From contig CBFFRQ010000067.1 of the NCBI GenBank assembly GCA_965644315.1, positions 62,001 to 126,000 on the forward strand: a stretch of 64,000 nt of DNA, given 5' to 3'. A program made the position numbers and the translations under genes. Source of the stretch: Caecitellus pseudoparvulus. Taxonomy: Eukaryota; Protista; Bigyra: Bicosoecida. The notes under the pieces were generated by a model. That model was not told where the DNA came from. It did not search any database and saw only the letters and a program-made list of their open reading frames with translations. Of the stretch, positions 1 through 10,871 are shown in pieces (positions within the stretch are counted from its first letter, which is position 1; every line of letters starts with the position of its first letter).

Positions 1-591
1 ACACCACCACCAGGCACAGGTACGCCGACACCCACAGGATCTGGGGCGTGCGCAGCAGCAGCGTGAACAGGCCGTACAACCACTCGTCTTGCAGACGGGT
101 CAGCGGGATGGCGAACATGGCGCAACGCAGCACGCTGGCGGCCATGACGAAGCCGCTGACGCAGTTTCGCCACGTCAGCCACGGGCAGGCACCCCCCCCA
201 CCACGAGTGGTACCGAGCAGCCCTTGCCGTTCGGATGCAGTGACTGGGCCAGTGCTGGTGCCCCCCACGCCCTGGCGCCCGCTGCGTGTGGAGCACAACC
301 ACAGCTGAGCCACCAGCACTGCAGCTTGCACGGCGACAGACAAGCCCACCATGCCCCAGTACGCACCGCCCACGCGCTGCACGTAGTTCTCGCCACAGTC
401 CGTATCATCAAGCCAGAAGGGGTCGCAATCGCACCGCTGGTGCTCGCATGTGCCTGTGCAGCCAAGGTGCGTGGGCAGTGCAGCGCTGCCAGGGTTGCGG
501 ACTTTGTCGCCTGCGCACCATGGCCGTGGCAATCTTGTGCCGAGTGGCAGTGGGTGACGGCCTCATGAGAAAAGACGCTTGAGGTGTTCAT
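1..591 (-). CDS. EGF-like domain plus multi-pass membrane protein, 3' end truncated by the window edge
   Basis: ATG at 591 and a GTGCGC..CAG intron at 518-454. The spliced product reads MNTSSVFSHEAVTHCHSAQDCHGHGTCEHQRCDCDPFWLDDTDC (EGF-like six-Cys pattern), followed by hydrophobic segments (YWGMVGLSVAVQAAVLVAQLWL; VSGFVMAASVLRCAMFAIP; LYGLFTLLLRTPQILWVSAYLCLWW). The frame stays open to base 1. The spliced form is not in the ORF track. Confidence 0.75.
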
Positions 592-1057
592 GGTGCACTT
601 GGCCCACCCTTTTATCGAACAAGGCGCAGGGCTGGGTGACTCCTCCTGCCCAGCAGCGCGAAGGAAGGGCACTGCTGTCGAGACGAGCAGCGCACGTGCG
701 TTGGCCTCGCTTGGGCCGTCAGCCCTCACCGCCTTCTTGAGCGCAGATACGAGAGGATAATGGTCACACTCAGCGTAATTTCACGGGCCACATCCGCTCC
801 CAGTTGTGTTTTGTGTTTGAATAGGGCCGGAGCAGTGTTTTTGGCGCCGGCTATCCTGCTGCCTTCTCCCCCACATCAGCCTGACATGCGCAGCAAAATA
901 ACTCTGCGCAACATTTCAGTTCCAGCTCTACACGCTTCTCGCACCCTTCGTCTTGCGCTTGTGACCACCGAGGTTGAGCACAAGCGGTCCTGAGTGCGTA
1001 CCGATTTCCGCATCTTCGCGGCTCATGTAGCTTGCCTTCGTAGCCCCGACAGAAAGC

Positions 1058-2930
1058 ATGTGGTCCCAGGCGCGAGCCCACGCCCATGTACACATGCAGT
1101 CCATGGCTTCTGCCTTGTTCCAGCCCTCTCGCTCCCTTGCATCCAAGTCCAAGGCCGCTCCGGTGGACGCACTGGCGTCCATTGTGTCCCTGTGCAAGCG
1201 GCGTGGCTTTGTCTTCCCCACTGCAGACTTGTACGGGGGCAGCGGCATCGGCTACGACTACGGCCCGTTGGGTGCTCAACTGGTGCACAACCTCAGCAGC
1301 CGGTGGTGGCGTGACTTCGTCACTGCTCGCAGGGACGTGTTGCCACTGGACTCCTGCACGCTGGCACCTGCCGCACTATGGCAGGCGTCAGGGCACCTGG
1401 AGCACTTCGTGGACCCCCTGACAGAGTGCGCGTCATGCCATGCCCGATTCCGCGCTGACCACATTGTGGGGGATGTGCCTGGCGGCTTGCACGGCCTTGC
1501 CGAGGCACTGCAGGCTTCGGACAGGCGCTGCCCAGCCTGTGGCGCCAGTGGGCAAGATGGGTTGACTGGTGCGTTTCATACTGCTGAGCGCGTCTTGCTC
1601 CCCGGACGCACCCGCCACATGTGCCGCCCCGCAGACCCGCGACAGTTCAACATGCTCTTCAACACGTCAGTGGGCCCAGTGGCAGGTGATGCTTCCCAGG
1701 CTTACCTGCGCCCAGAAACGGCCCAAGCCGTGTATGCACAGTGGCGCAACATTGTCCAGTGCACGCGAGGCAAGCTGCCTATGGGCATCGCCACGCTGGG
1801 CCGCTCCTACCGCAACGAAATCAGCACTGGGAACTTCATCTTCCGCACACGAGAGTTCACGCAGGCTGAGATTCAGTACTTCTGCCACCCGCAGCAAAGT
1901 GACCAAGTGCACGAGGAGTGGGTGACTGCCGCTTGGCAGTGGCTCCTACAGCTGGGCTTGCCACCCCACAAGCTGCGAAAACGCCAGCACAGCCGAGACC
2001 AGCTAGCGCACTATGCCTTGGCAACCACTGACATCGAGTACTTGTACCCGTTCGGCTGGGGCGAGTTGTGGTGCGTTTCGCCGCGCGCAGTGCCGCGCAT
2101 TGGCCCTGCGAAAGTTCAGTACCTTTCGTTCGCTGTGCCACAGGGGCATTTCAAACCGAGGTGACTACGACCTGTCCCGGCACTCTGAAGCGAGCGGCAG
2201 TGATTTGCAGGCCAAAGACCCGCACGACGGCCGCGTGGTGCGTTTTTTTCGTGCCGGGGCACATACAGCGCCCAGCAAACGCACCCACCCCTTGCCTGGC
2301 GCCGCAGAAGTTCACGCCACACGTTGTAGAGCCAGCACTTGGTGTGAACAGGCTGGTGCTCGCAGTGCTGTGTGCTGCGTTGGAGCACGAACAGCCAAGC
2401 CCTCAGCAGACTGTGGATGCAGAGTCAACGCAGCACACCGCAGTGGTGCACCAGCCCGCCCTGGGGGCTGCGCAGCTGCGGGAAGCTGACGGCACCAGCA
2501 GGCCCCTCACACGCCTCCCAGCCGCTGTGGCGCCTGTGGCCGCCGTGCTGCTGCCGTTGGTCAAGAAGGACGGCCTCCTGCCCAAAGCGGAGGCACTGGC
2601 TGATGCGCTGGCGCAAAAGCACCACATTGCCGTGGAAGTAGATGCAGCGGGGTCCATCGGTGCGTGTGCTAGGTTCGCTCCTCTGTTGGCACGAACGCAC
2701 TTCCCCCTCCCCCTCAATGCTGTGCAGGCCGCCGCTACCGCCGCGCCGATGAAGCGGGGACGCCGGTGTGTCTGACGCTGGACCACCAGTCCCTGGAAGA
2801 CGACACCCTCACTCTTCGGTGGCGGGACACCATGCAGCAGTGGCGAGTGCCTATTGATGCCGTCCTGGCTGCCTCCTGGACGGCAGATTCGTTTGTGCAG
2901 GACTTGGTGGCAGGGCACCCATCCGTGTGA
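1058..2930 (+). CDS. GARS: Glycyl-tRNA synthetase, homodimeric class II type, with probable mitochondrial targeting leader (5 exons)
   Basis: Motifs [73 protein letters not shown] and the anticodon-domain [16 protein letters not shown] are joined by GTGCGT..CAG introns at 1569-1634, 2071-2143, 2238-2307 and 2660-2727. TGA at 2928-2930. The N-terminal extension is Ser/Ala/Arg-rich and lacks acidic residues. Confidence 0.95.
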
Positions 2931-3148
2931 GAGCACTGCCACCCCCCCACTTCGAGAAGGTGCTGGGAGCAGCAAAGAGGCTGCACTTTGCAGCGGAATA
3001 CAAATCCCACACCACGCACAGTCCGCGGAAGGCCTGGATGAAGCACACAAGGGTGCAGGCAGCCCAACTTGGTCTGTGTCGACGCACCAGCCAGCGCTAC
3101 CGCAGCGGGCAGCCGTCCCCCTTCTGCAGGCACAGGAATTGACGAAGC

Positions 3149-3358
3149 ATGTGCCCTCTACGTTGGGTTCTCTTTGTGGTCTCTGCGGCAATCATTTTGT
3201 GGATGTTGCTGGGCCCGAACGAGGCTGAAACGGCGGATGAGCCCGCAGAAGCTGCGGAAGTTGAAAGGCAACGCAGACTCAAGCCGGAGTGCTCCTGGAG
3301 GTTCACTCGAAGCCTATTCACAGGGGAGTTCCTGCGCGATTGGTGGATGTCGGGGTGA
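3149..3358 (+). CDS. Small single-TM protein of the MCPLR-type family
   Basis: 69 aa: MCPLRWVLFVVSAAIILWMLL (TM), an acidic linker, then LFTGEFLRDWW. It resembles the small plant-type proteins that begin MCPLR and end in a ..SGRYLW motif (recognition from memory). Confidence 0.65.
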   Translation: MCPLRWVLFVVSAAIILWMLLGPNEAETADEPAEAAEVERQRRLKPECSWRFTRSLFTGEFLRDWWMSG

Positions 3359-4062
3359 TGCTCCAAAGGTGAACAGCCTGAGGGTCCTCGCACCGTCGCC
3401 GCGCTGAAGATGGATTCCGCCTGGCCTGGCCCGAGTGACGCACCTCAGCGGACAAGCACGCTCCACCTTCAGCACCTGCTCAGGGCCACCGCGCCAGCAA
3501 AAAGTGCATGTCCAGGGAGTGAAGCCTTGTGCTGCAGCTGGACTCAGGCGTGGTGCGAAGCCCCCCAAGCAGCATGGATGAGCGTTCAACGTGCATGCTG
3601 CTGGGCATGGCTGCCTTCGCCAAGCCGTGCCTGAAAGTGCGCTTTGTCTGTGTATCTACTCCTGCACATCTCGTGCGCCAAGGCTGCGCCCTCATTCCTG
3701 CGTGCAAGCCGCGAGAGCTCTCGCCCATGATCCACAATTTGCACCTCGACAAGTGGGACGCCCGCGGCAAAATCGTGACTTGCCTGAACTGCTAGCAAAC
3801 AAGTAGACATTTACCTGTCTGTTTGGCTGGTGCTGAGGCGCATTGTCGGATCGCCCGGGCAAGTGGTTGCTTCCCATCTTTGGCAACGGCAGCATGGTGA
3901 GTACAACGGCGAGCTCGGTTTGAACTCTGCAGTGCAGCCACCTTCCTTCTCCTGACTGTTCTCAGCCGGGACACCCTGCCAGAGGAAAGCTTGATCGACG
4001 TGTGGACAGGCAATATGCCACCACTTTAACCCCTTCTGAGCACACTCTGCTTGCCGCTGTGA

Positions 4063-5538
4063 GTGGCGTTACCCGTGCGGAATTCGCCTCAGCATGCCGG
4101 CACTGCACTGCACTCGCTTCCCGGTCAGGCTGTGTTGTACCACACAAAGGACGAAGAGTACACATGCGGCATGCTCGGGCCTACTGCTGGCTCGCTCGCT
4201 TACACATGCCTGGCGGGCGAGCGCCCCTTCGATCCTGACGGAGCCAACAATCTCTGCCAGCCTGCTGCCATGCTCGATGGGCTGGGCGTTCCTGTCGCTG
4301 GATACGCCAGTGGTGACAAGATCCTGAAGCTTCTCTCAAGTCACGCGCCATCGTTTGTCCTGGACCCAGATAGTATCCCGGAGTTCAATCTTGACAAGCT
4401 GTGTCGGCAAAAGCCGTGCAGGCGGCCGAAATGCCAGGCCCAGGCCACAAGCGCGTTCCACGCTGCCCACTGCACCTACTATCACAAAACGAGACCCAAG
4501 TGGAACGTACTCTATGGTTATGGTGCTTATGAACCAGACTTCTCCCAGCTGTGGGACAAAGCGCTCAGCTCCAAAGTCGCAGGAGGCGCTGGGAGCGCTG
4601 CCTTCCCAACCGTGACCGACATTGCACAAACCATGCTCTCAAGACAGCCAAGCATTTTGCCATTCAGCTTCCATGCCCTCATCGACATGTGGTTGCTTCG
4701 CCGAATCAGCGACCTGCACAACGCGCCGTGGCGGGATCGTCGTCTCCATCTGCACAGGCCAACCGTGCAACCACCCACTCGGCCGCAAATTTGCCTCAAC
4801 CATCACGAGCTCTCAGGAGCGGGTCACCCACCAACTGTGGGGATGACCCTCGGAATGCGGCAGCCTTCCCTAGCAGGTGGTGCACCCGCAGCGCCCGGTG
4901 CATCACACGCACGGCCGCTCGAGCCACAGGCGCAGTGTGGCGCTGCTGCGACACGGCAAGTCCAGGCCCGAAGATGCGACGCACATCGCTCGCCGAGGCA
5001 GGACACAGCGGGGTTGGAGCGTGTGTCAGTGACAGGAACCTCCATTAGGCGTCGGCTGTGCGAGCTGGCGCGAGCATCCGAATCTGAGGGAGAGAGCGTG
5101 CATGACAGCGTGCAGGATGCTGACGTAGCTGCGGAAATAAGACGAGTAGTGGAGACTTTGCGAAATCTTGTGGCTTTGTTTGGTTTAACACTTGGCTTGA
5201 GGGGGTTACTGAACCGTGAGCGGATGGCAAATAGCTCCCTGTCGCGACTTCTGGAGATGAAGCGTGAATTGGTCGCTCGCCTGCAGTCCACTCCTTTGGA
5301 CAGGCCCGCTTCCCGGACTGCTTCTCTTCGGCAGCAACGCACTGATGCAACCCTCCGTGCAGAACCGCGTGGTGCGCGCGGCATCCCGATGAGCGGCAGT
5401 GGACTGGCTCAGACAGCGCCAGCCGGTAGCGTACTGCTCGCCTCCAACACTCTGCAATCGGGAAGGGTGGGGGGCCAGAAGCGACCTCGCCACAGTGCCG
5501 GCGCGGTGCCCGCTGCGCCCGACCAGCCGACCCTGTAG
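4063..5538 (+). CDS. Hypothetical protein, probably with upstream exons from about 3410 and possible internal introns
   Basis: 491-codon open frame with a globular-looking 5' half, a coiled-coil-like stretch (AAEIRRVVETLRNLV..LLEMKRELVARLQ) and a basic KRPR motif. No recognisable domain, and the exon structure is unresolved. Confidence 0.45.
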   Translation: MALPVRNSPQHAGTALHSLPGQAVLYHTKDEEYTCGMLGPTAGSLAYTCLAGERPFDPDGANNLCQPAAMLDGLGVPVAGYASGDKILKLLSSHAPSFVLDPDSIPEFNLDKLCRQKPCRRPKCQAQATSAFHAAHCTYYHKTRPKWNVLYGYGAYEPDFSQLWDKALSSKVAGGAGSAAFPTVTDIAQTMLSRQPSILPFSFHALIDMWLLRRISDLHNAPWRDRRLHLHRPTVQPPTRPQICLNHHELSGAGHPPTVGMTLGMRQPSLAGGAPAAPGASHARPLEPQAQCGAAATRQVQARRCDAHRSPRQDTAGLERVSVTGTSIRRRLCELARASESEGESVHDSVQDADVAAEIRRVVETLRNLVALFGLTLGLRGLLNRERMANSSLSRLLEMKRELVARLQSTPLDRPASRTASLRQQRTDATLRAEPRGARGIPMSGSGLAQTAPAGSVLLASNTLQSGRVGGQKRPRHSAGAVPAAPDQPTL

Positions 5539-5746
5539 GCCATGCAACGTGCACACTTGCTACACGTTTTTGCTCCAATGCATGCCATGCGTCTCCACCC
5601 CATTCTTGCGTGGAAGTTAATCCGTCGAAGCTGCACCCCGTCCGAAATTGCGCTTTGTGGAGCCTTGAGAATGCGCGGGTCGTCGCCACAAAACAGGCGG
5701 GCGTCTGCACATGGAAGCTGGGGAGCTGCATTGCGGGCTGGCACAA

Positions 5747-6887
5747 TCACGTCGCGGACAGGCTGACTTTGTACACGTGGTTCCACAGCTTGCCTGTGAT
5801 GAAGAGGCTGAGGCCGTGCAGCGGCTTGGACGGGTCTGGGCCGGTGGGGAGACCAGGCGCGTCCCACTGGACAGCGATGCCGTTCAGCACGTCGTTCGTG
5901 GGGTTCTGCGGCCGGCCTTCTGCAGCCAACACTGGCGCACAGTCGATGGAGCCCAGGATGCGGCCGGTGGTGGGGTGGATGCGCAGGAGCTGGTTGCGGA
6001 AGCGCGTGTTGTGGAACCAGGTGTTGGCGAGGATCTCGCCGCCCGCGAACTCCAGCTCGTTCAAGTCGGACTGCGGCACACCCTGAGCATCCTTCACGGT
6101 GACCTTGCCCACCTCCTTCAAGGTGTCTGGGTCCCAGAAGTGCAGGTTGGCGCTGCCGTCGCTGACGATGAGGTGGCTGCCGTTGTGCGTGATGCCCCAG
6201 CCTTGCCCCGTGGTGGTGCTGAAGGTGGCGCTGCGCTTGACGGTGAAGGAGGCGCCGTCCAGGACGAACAGCTTGCGGGCCTGCCACGTGAGCACGATGA
6301 TGTCGCCCTTCCACCAGACGCAGCCCTCGCCGAAGAGGCGAGCATTCATGCTCCACCGCTTCTTGACCTTGCCCGTGGGCCAGTCCACTTGTCGGAGGGA
6401 GGACTTGCCGTAGATGCCTGTGCTTTCATACAACATACCCTCGTGGTAGAACAGGCCTTGGCTGTGCAGGGTGTGGCGCGGGGGGGGGCTGCGGCGTGTA
6501 GTGTGTATGTGCGGAAATTGGTACGCACGTGAAAGCGCCACCATCGTGCGGCAGCGTCTGTTGGATTTGCAGCTGCACGTCGTATGGCTTGATGTTTGCC
6601 GATGACTTGGCAGGTGGTGTGGCCGCCGCCTTGGTGGCAGCTGTGGCCTTGCCAGCGGGCGACGGGGTCGCCGTGGCCGAGGCGACTGCCGCAACAGCAG
6701 CTGGCAACGCTGTAGGAGTGCTGCGAGACACCCAGGCCAAGCTGGCTGCCGTTGCCAGCAACATGCCAGCGGCCACGAAGAGCCAGAGGGAGGACCGCCC
6801 GTTTGTGCTGGCAGGCACTGTGTTGGCTGCTCTGGCCATGCCTTGGCTGCCTGCAGCTTGCGTGTCGTGTCGGCGGCGAACTGTCAT
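5747..6887 (-). CDS. QCT: Glutamine cyclotransferase (plant/bacterial beta-propeller type glutaminyl cyclase) with N-terminal membrane anchor
   Basis: LPHDGGAFT|QGL is restored by the intron at 6528-6462. Other motifs: LYESTGIYGKS, FGEG, LTWQ, GQGWGIT, LIVSDGS, LNELE, ILANTW, DVLNGIA, ITGKLW. The start could be 6887 or the next Met. Confidence 0.92.
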
Positions 6888-7004
6888 GCTCTGGGCGGGG
6901 GAGGCTGCGTGGAAGGCGTGGCGCAACAGGGTGCACGCAGTCCGCCGCAGCCCGGACACGTGTGCAGTGCAGATTTTGCACACGGCGCGGTAATGCAGGG
7001 GCGC

Positions 7005-8783
7005 TCAGCGAGGCGGCAGTCCGAACGTTGGTGGAGCAGGCGACAGCACTGGGCTGAACGCGGCGCTGATGCCTGCACTGCCTGAGCTGTCAGCCCTACT
7101 GCGGCCGACAAGCTCAGCGACGGCTGCCGCGTCAGTCGCGGCATGTGCGGCAGCCACCTGGGACAGGGCCCCCTCCTGAGGCGTGCCTCGCAGGTCCATG
7201 CCCGGCTCCACACAGCTGTCGCCCCGAGAGCGAGTGTAGCCTCGAAACCAGCTGGACAGCGCCTTCTCACGGGCAGGCGTTTCCTTGGACGTGGATGGGG
7301 CCGCAGGTTGTGCTGCAGTGGGGGCTGTGGATGGCGTGCTGTCTGCGCCGCCCGTGACAGCCATGGTGGCGTACTCCTGCCGCAAGTTCAACGTGCGAGC
7401 GCTGACGTGTTGCGCAAAGGTGACACGCGGGAACTCAGGGGCCAAGTCGATGTCTTCCTCTGGCAGCAGCCACTCCACGAGCCTCCAAATCAAGAACACC
7501 ATGACGGCGAGCGCGACAGCCAGCAGGCCCACCACCCGCCCAGTGCCGTAAAACCGACGCAAGCGTTCCAGCAGCGGCAGCTGCGGCAGCAACGCCACCC
7601 GATCGTACACAGCAACGGTGCGGGCAGCGACATCCCTCCAGTTGTACAGTGCGGCGAGCTCTGTGTTGTAGGCGTGTGGCTCCACGTGCCTGGCCTGGGG
7701 GATGGCTGTGGCCAGGGCGTCGATGATGGAGGCGGGCGACGCTTCCGCGAACGTGATCATGCGAGGCGGCAGCACTTCCGGCACGCCGCCCACACGCGTG
7801 GACACGACGTACAGACCAGCACAGGCGGCTTCCAGGATGGCGATGCAGAAGGACTCCGTCAAGCTGCAGTTGAGGAAGATGTGCCCCCGCACCAGCGTGT
7901 CACGCACGCGGGAGTGCGGCACGGCGCCCAGCATCTCCACGCGGTCGTGCAGCGCGTGGCGCTCCCGCATCTCCTCCAGCAGCAGGCGCTTGTCGCCGTC
8001 CCCGCCGATGATGAAGTGCACGTTGGGGAAGCGCTTGCAGATCTCGGGGATGACGTGCACGACCAGGTCCACCCCCTTGCGGTACACGAGGCGGCTGACC
8101 ATGACGATGTTCACAGTGTCACTGGGCCAGCGCGCAGAAGGGTCGGGCGTGAACTTGCGCGCGTCGATAGCGTTGGGGATGGCTGATGTGCGGCGGGGGT
8201 CCAGTGCCGCCCGCAGGACGAGGTTCTCGCGGCACGTGTGCGAGACGCAGATGGCGTGGTCCATGCCCGCGCAGGAAAACTTCATCCACTTGTTCAAGTT
8301 GATGCTGGCCATGTCGGCGAAGCCGAACAGGGAGTGGTCCGTGTACACGGCCTTGTACCCCATGCACTTGGCGAAGAAGAGGCACTCGTGCGCCAGGGTG
8401 GACGTTGCCTGGTGCCCGTGCACGATCGTGATGCGTTCACGGATGAGGATGTTGCGCAAGTAAGGCAGGAAGGTCCACAGCGTGGGCATGCTGTCTTGGT
8501 CCACGAAGGGCACGACTGGCGCGTAGTACACTTTGAGGCCATTGGTCATGAACCGCACGCCCGCGCGCTTGCCGTACTGGTTCGTCAACACCACCACCTT
8601 GTGGCCCAGGTGCAGGAGGCACTGGGACAGGGACCAGATGTGCATCTCCACGCCGCCCAGGCGAGGGTAGAAGAAGTCAGACACCATGAGAATGCTGTGC
8701 TTTTGGTTTGCGAATTCACCCTTGGCCGGTGCCTGGATGGCCAGCGATGCTGCAGCAGCAGCAGCAATGCTGGAGGATGCCAT
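7005..8783 (-). CDS. PIGA: Phosphatidylinositol N-acetylglucosaminyltransferase subunit A (GPI biosynthesis)
   Basis: ILMVSDFFYPRLGGVEMHI, TNGLKVYY, YTDHSLFGFAD, ENLVLRA, SRLVYRKG, GHIFLNCSLTESFCIAILEAA, STRVGGVPEVLP, C-terminal TM and IDLAP. Intronless. Confidence 0.97.
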   Translation of the reverse strand: MASSSIAAAAAASLAIQAPAKGEFANQKHSILMVSDFFYPRLGGVEMHIWSLSQCLLHLGHKVVVLTNQYGKRAGVRFMTNGLKVYYAPVVPFVDQDSMPTLWTFLPYLRNILIRERITIVHGHQATSTLAHECLFFAKCMGYKAVYTDHSLFGFADMASINLNKWMKFSCAGMDHAICVSHTCRENLVLRAALDPRRTSAIPNAIDARKFTPDPSARWPSDTVNIVMVSRLVYRKGVDLVVHVIPEICKRFPNVHFIIGGDGDKRLLLEEMRERHALHDRVEMLGAVPHSRVRDTLVRGHIFLNCSLTESFCIAILEAACAGLYVVSTRVGGVPEVLPPRMITFAEASPASIIDALATAIPQARHVEPHAYNTELAALYNWRDVAARTVAVYDRVALLPQLPLLERLRRFYGTGRVVGLLAVALAVMVFLIWRLVEWLLPEEDIDLAPEFPRVTFAQHVSARTLNLRQEYATMAVTGGADSTPSTAPTAAQPAAPSTSKETPAREKALSSWFRGYTRSRGDSCVEPGMDLRGTPQEGALSQVAAAHAATDAAAVAELVGRSRADSSGSAGISAAFSPVLSPAPPTFGLPPR

Positions 8784-9372
8784 GGCGTTTCGGGAACGTT
8801 TCGATTCTCGACAGCCTTGCAGAGCGTGCTTGGAACGCCACGAGGGGGGATTGTAGGGGGTAAGGGAAATCAAAGAGACACTTTCTGATACAGTGGCAAG
8901 CGCTGCTGCACGCCCCACGTGCACTAGCAGGGGAGATGCGTGGTGGCTGGGGCAGTGGATGGGCAGGTCAGGCGTTCCCTTGCGAGGGAGTTGCGACTGT
9001 GCAAGTGAATGTGATGAGGAAGTGAGTCAGGAGAGCATTGGAATTAGTGACTTGAGATGTGCTCCCCGCCTTGCTTGGCGATGTGAATTTATCGTGGGAA
9101 GCCTTACCGTGGCTGCTGCCATCAGAGTGTACTGTCACGTTGAACTGGCGCGGACACGACGCAGGCGAGTCATCCTGACTGGTGCAATTTCAAGATGAAC
9201 ACCAAATTTACCCCTGCAACCGCGTACATGTCTGGCACCCGTCACGCACGAGTCTCGTGCCGCCAAGCGTGCCGGTTGGCGCCGGGTTGCGTTTCATCGC
9301 TGTTTCTGCAAGGAGGCGAGTTTGGCGCCGGGGCCGAGGTTTGCCACGCGGCGCGTTGCTGGACACGACACG

Positions 9373-10620
9373 ATGGCAAGCCGGCGAGATGAGAAAGTGG
9401 AGATGGAGGCGCAGGAGTGGATGGAGGCCATCATGGAAGAGGTGCGTGGTGTCAGAGGGGCGCCCCTCGCGCGACGACGTGAAACGTGGTTGGCGGGTTG
9501 GAAGCCGAGGCGACCGCCCAGCACGCCCAGCCGCGACGCCTGTGCAGGAGTTCCCCGCTGATTTTGAAGAGAGCTTGAAAGATGGCGTGCTGTTGATCAG
9601 GTGAGCCTGCCTGCACGCGCTGCGCCTGCGGGTTGGCGCTTGGACGGTGAAGCAGCACTGGCGTGAGGTGCGCCCCATCGCAGGTTCCTCAACACCATCA
9701 AGCCAGGGTCCGTGAAGAAGTACAACCACCCAGTGCGCCTGCCGATTCACGCGGCGGAGAACGTCACCAAGTACCTCAAGGCAGTGCGCAAGAAGTTCGG
9801 CGTGGACGAGTACCAGATGTTCAGCACGGTGGACCTGAGCGAGGGCAAGAACATCTACCAAGTGGCATCCCACCTGCACGCCCTGGGCCGCACCATCCAG
9901 AAGAAGGTGGAGGACGAAGGCTTCCCCTGGAAGCCCGAGTGGCCCCACCTGGGCATCAAGGAGACCAAGAAGAACGTGCGCACGTTCACAGAGGAGCAGC
10001 TGCGCCGAGCCGCCGCCCAGCCCAGCATCCTGAACATGGGCTCCTCTCGCACGGGGCGCAAGCAGGCAGAAGACGTGCTGACGGGGGAAGCTGGGCGGGA
10101 CCTGCCCCGTGAGAAGGCCACCATCACCAAGGTGGGGGGTGGGGCGGGGAAGGCAGCAGGGGGGAGCAAGGCAAGTGCGGGTGCAGCCGAGGACCCCAAG
10201 GCAGCTGCCAAGGCTGCGTGGAAGGCGAAGATGGCTGCTAAGAAGGCAGGGGCCGCAGCACCTGCTCCAGCTGCTGCAACGTCTAGCGTGCCAGCTGGCT
10301 GGGAGGAGCTGTACACGGACGATGGCACGGTGTACTACTACAACTCCAGCACGGGCGAGACACAGTGGGAGATGCCGAGTGGTGGGGGTGGTGGCGGAGG
10401 GGGTGTGCCAGCTGGCTGGGAGGAGCTGTACACGGACGATGGCACGGTGTACTACTACAACTCAAGCACGGGCGAGACACAGTGGGAGATGCCGAGTGGT
10501 GGTGGGGGTGGTGGTGGGGGTGTGCCAGCTGGCTGGGAGGAGTTATACACGGACGATGGCACGGTGTACTACTACAACTCAAGCACGGGCGAGACACAGT
10601 GGGAGGCGCCTTCAGGCTAG
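9373..10620 (+). CDS. Calponin-homology (calponin/MP20-like) protein with three C-terminal WW domains
   Basis: Introns at 9442-9547 and 9601-9683 give MASRRDEKVEMEAQEWMEAIMEE|EFPADFEESLKDGVLLIR|FLNTIKPGSV..ENVTKYL..MFSTVDLSEGKN (CH domain), then RTFTEEQLR (calponin-like), then three copies of VPAGWEELYTDDGTVYYYNSSTGETQWE. Confidence 0.9.
10288..10620 (+). repeat. Three near-identical 117-bp WW-coding tandem repeats
   Basis: GTGCCAGCTGGCTGGGAGGAG starts at 10288, 10405 and 10522 (period 117), with poly-Gly linkers. Confidence 0.95.
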
Positions 10621-10871
10621 GATGGCGCATGCGCCGAGATTGGCATCGTTGCTGCCTTGCTGCAGCGTGTGGAGTGTGTGCCGCCGATGCTTGTGTGTGT
10701 AGCCCTGCCCTGCAGATGGCGCAGGTGGCCTCGCCTTGGCGCTGGACTGACGAGGCGGGCGCCCCCTGCCGAGCCCTGCACGCAGCCTTCCAATTCAGAT
10801 TGTCCCGTGGGCTGATCATGTGCCAAGGGTCCCTGTGGTCTGCGTGTGCCCCACTCTGCTGCCGGACAGGC

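Noticed and set aside
9005-9185. Possible C/D-box snoRNA (GTGATGA ... CTGA) in the divergent intergenic region
   Set aside because: The spacing is long, there is no terminal stem or recognisable rRNA guide, and such short motifs occur by chance.
10288-10620. Regularly spaced repeats resembling a CRISPR array
   Set aside because: The whole 117-bp unit repeats with no unique spacers, it encodes WW domains, and the context is eukaryotic with no cas genes.
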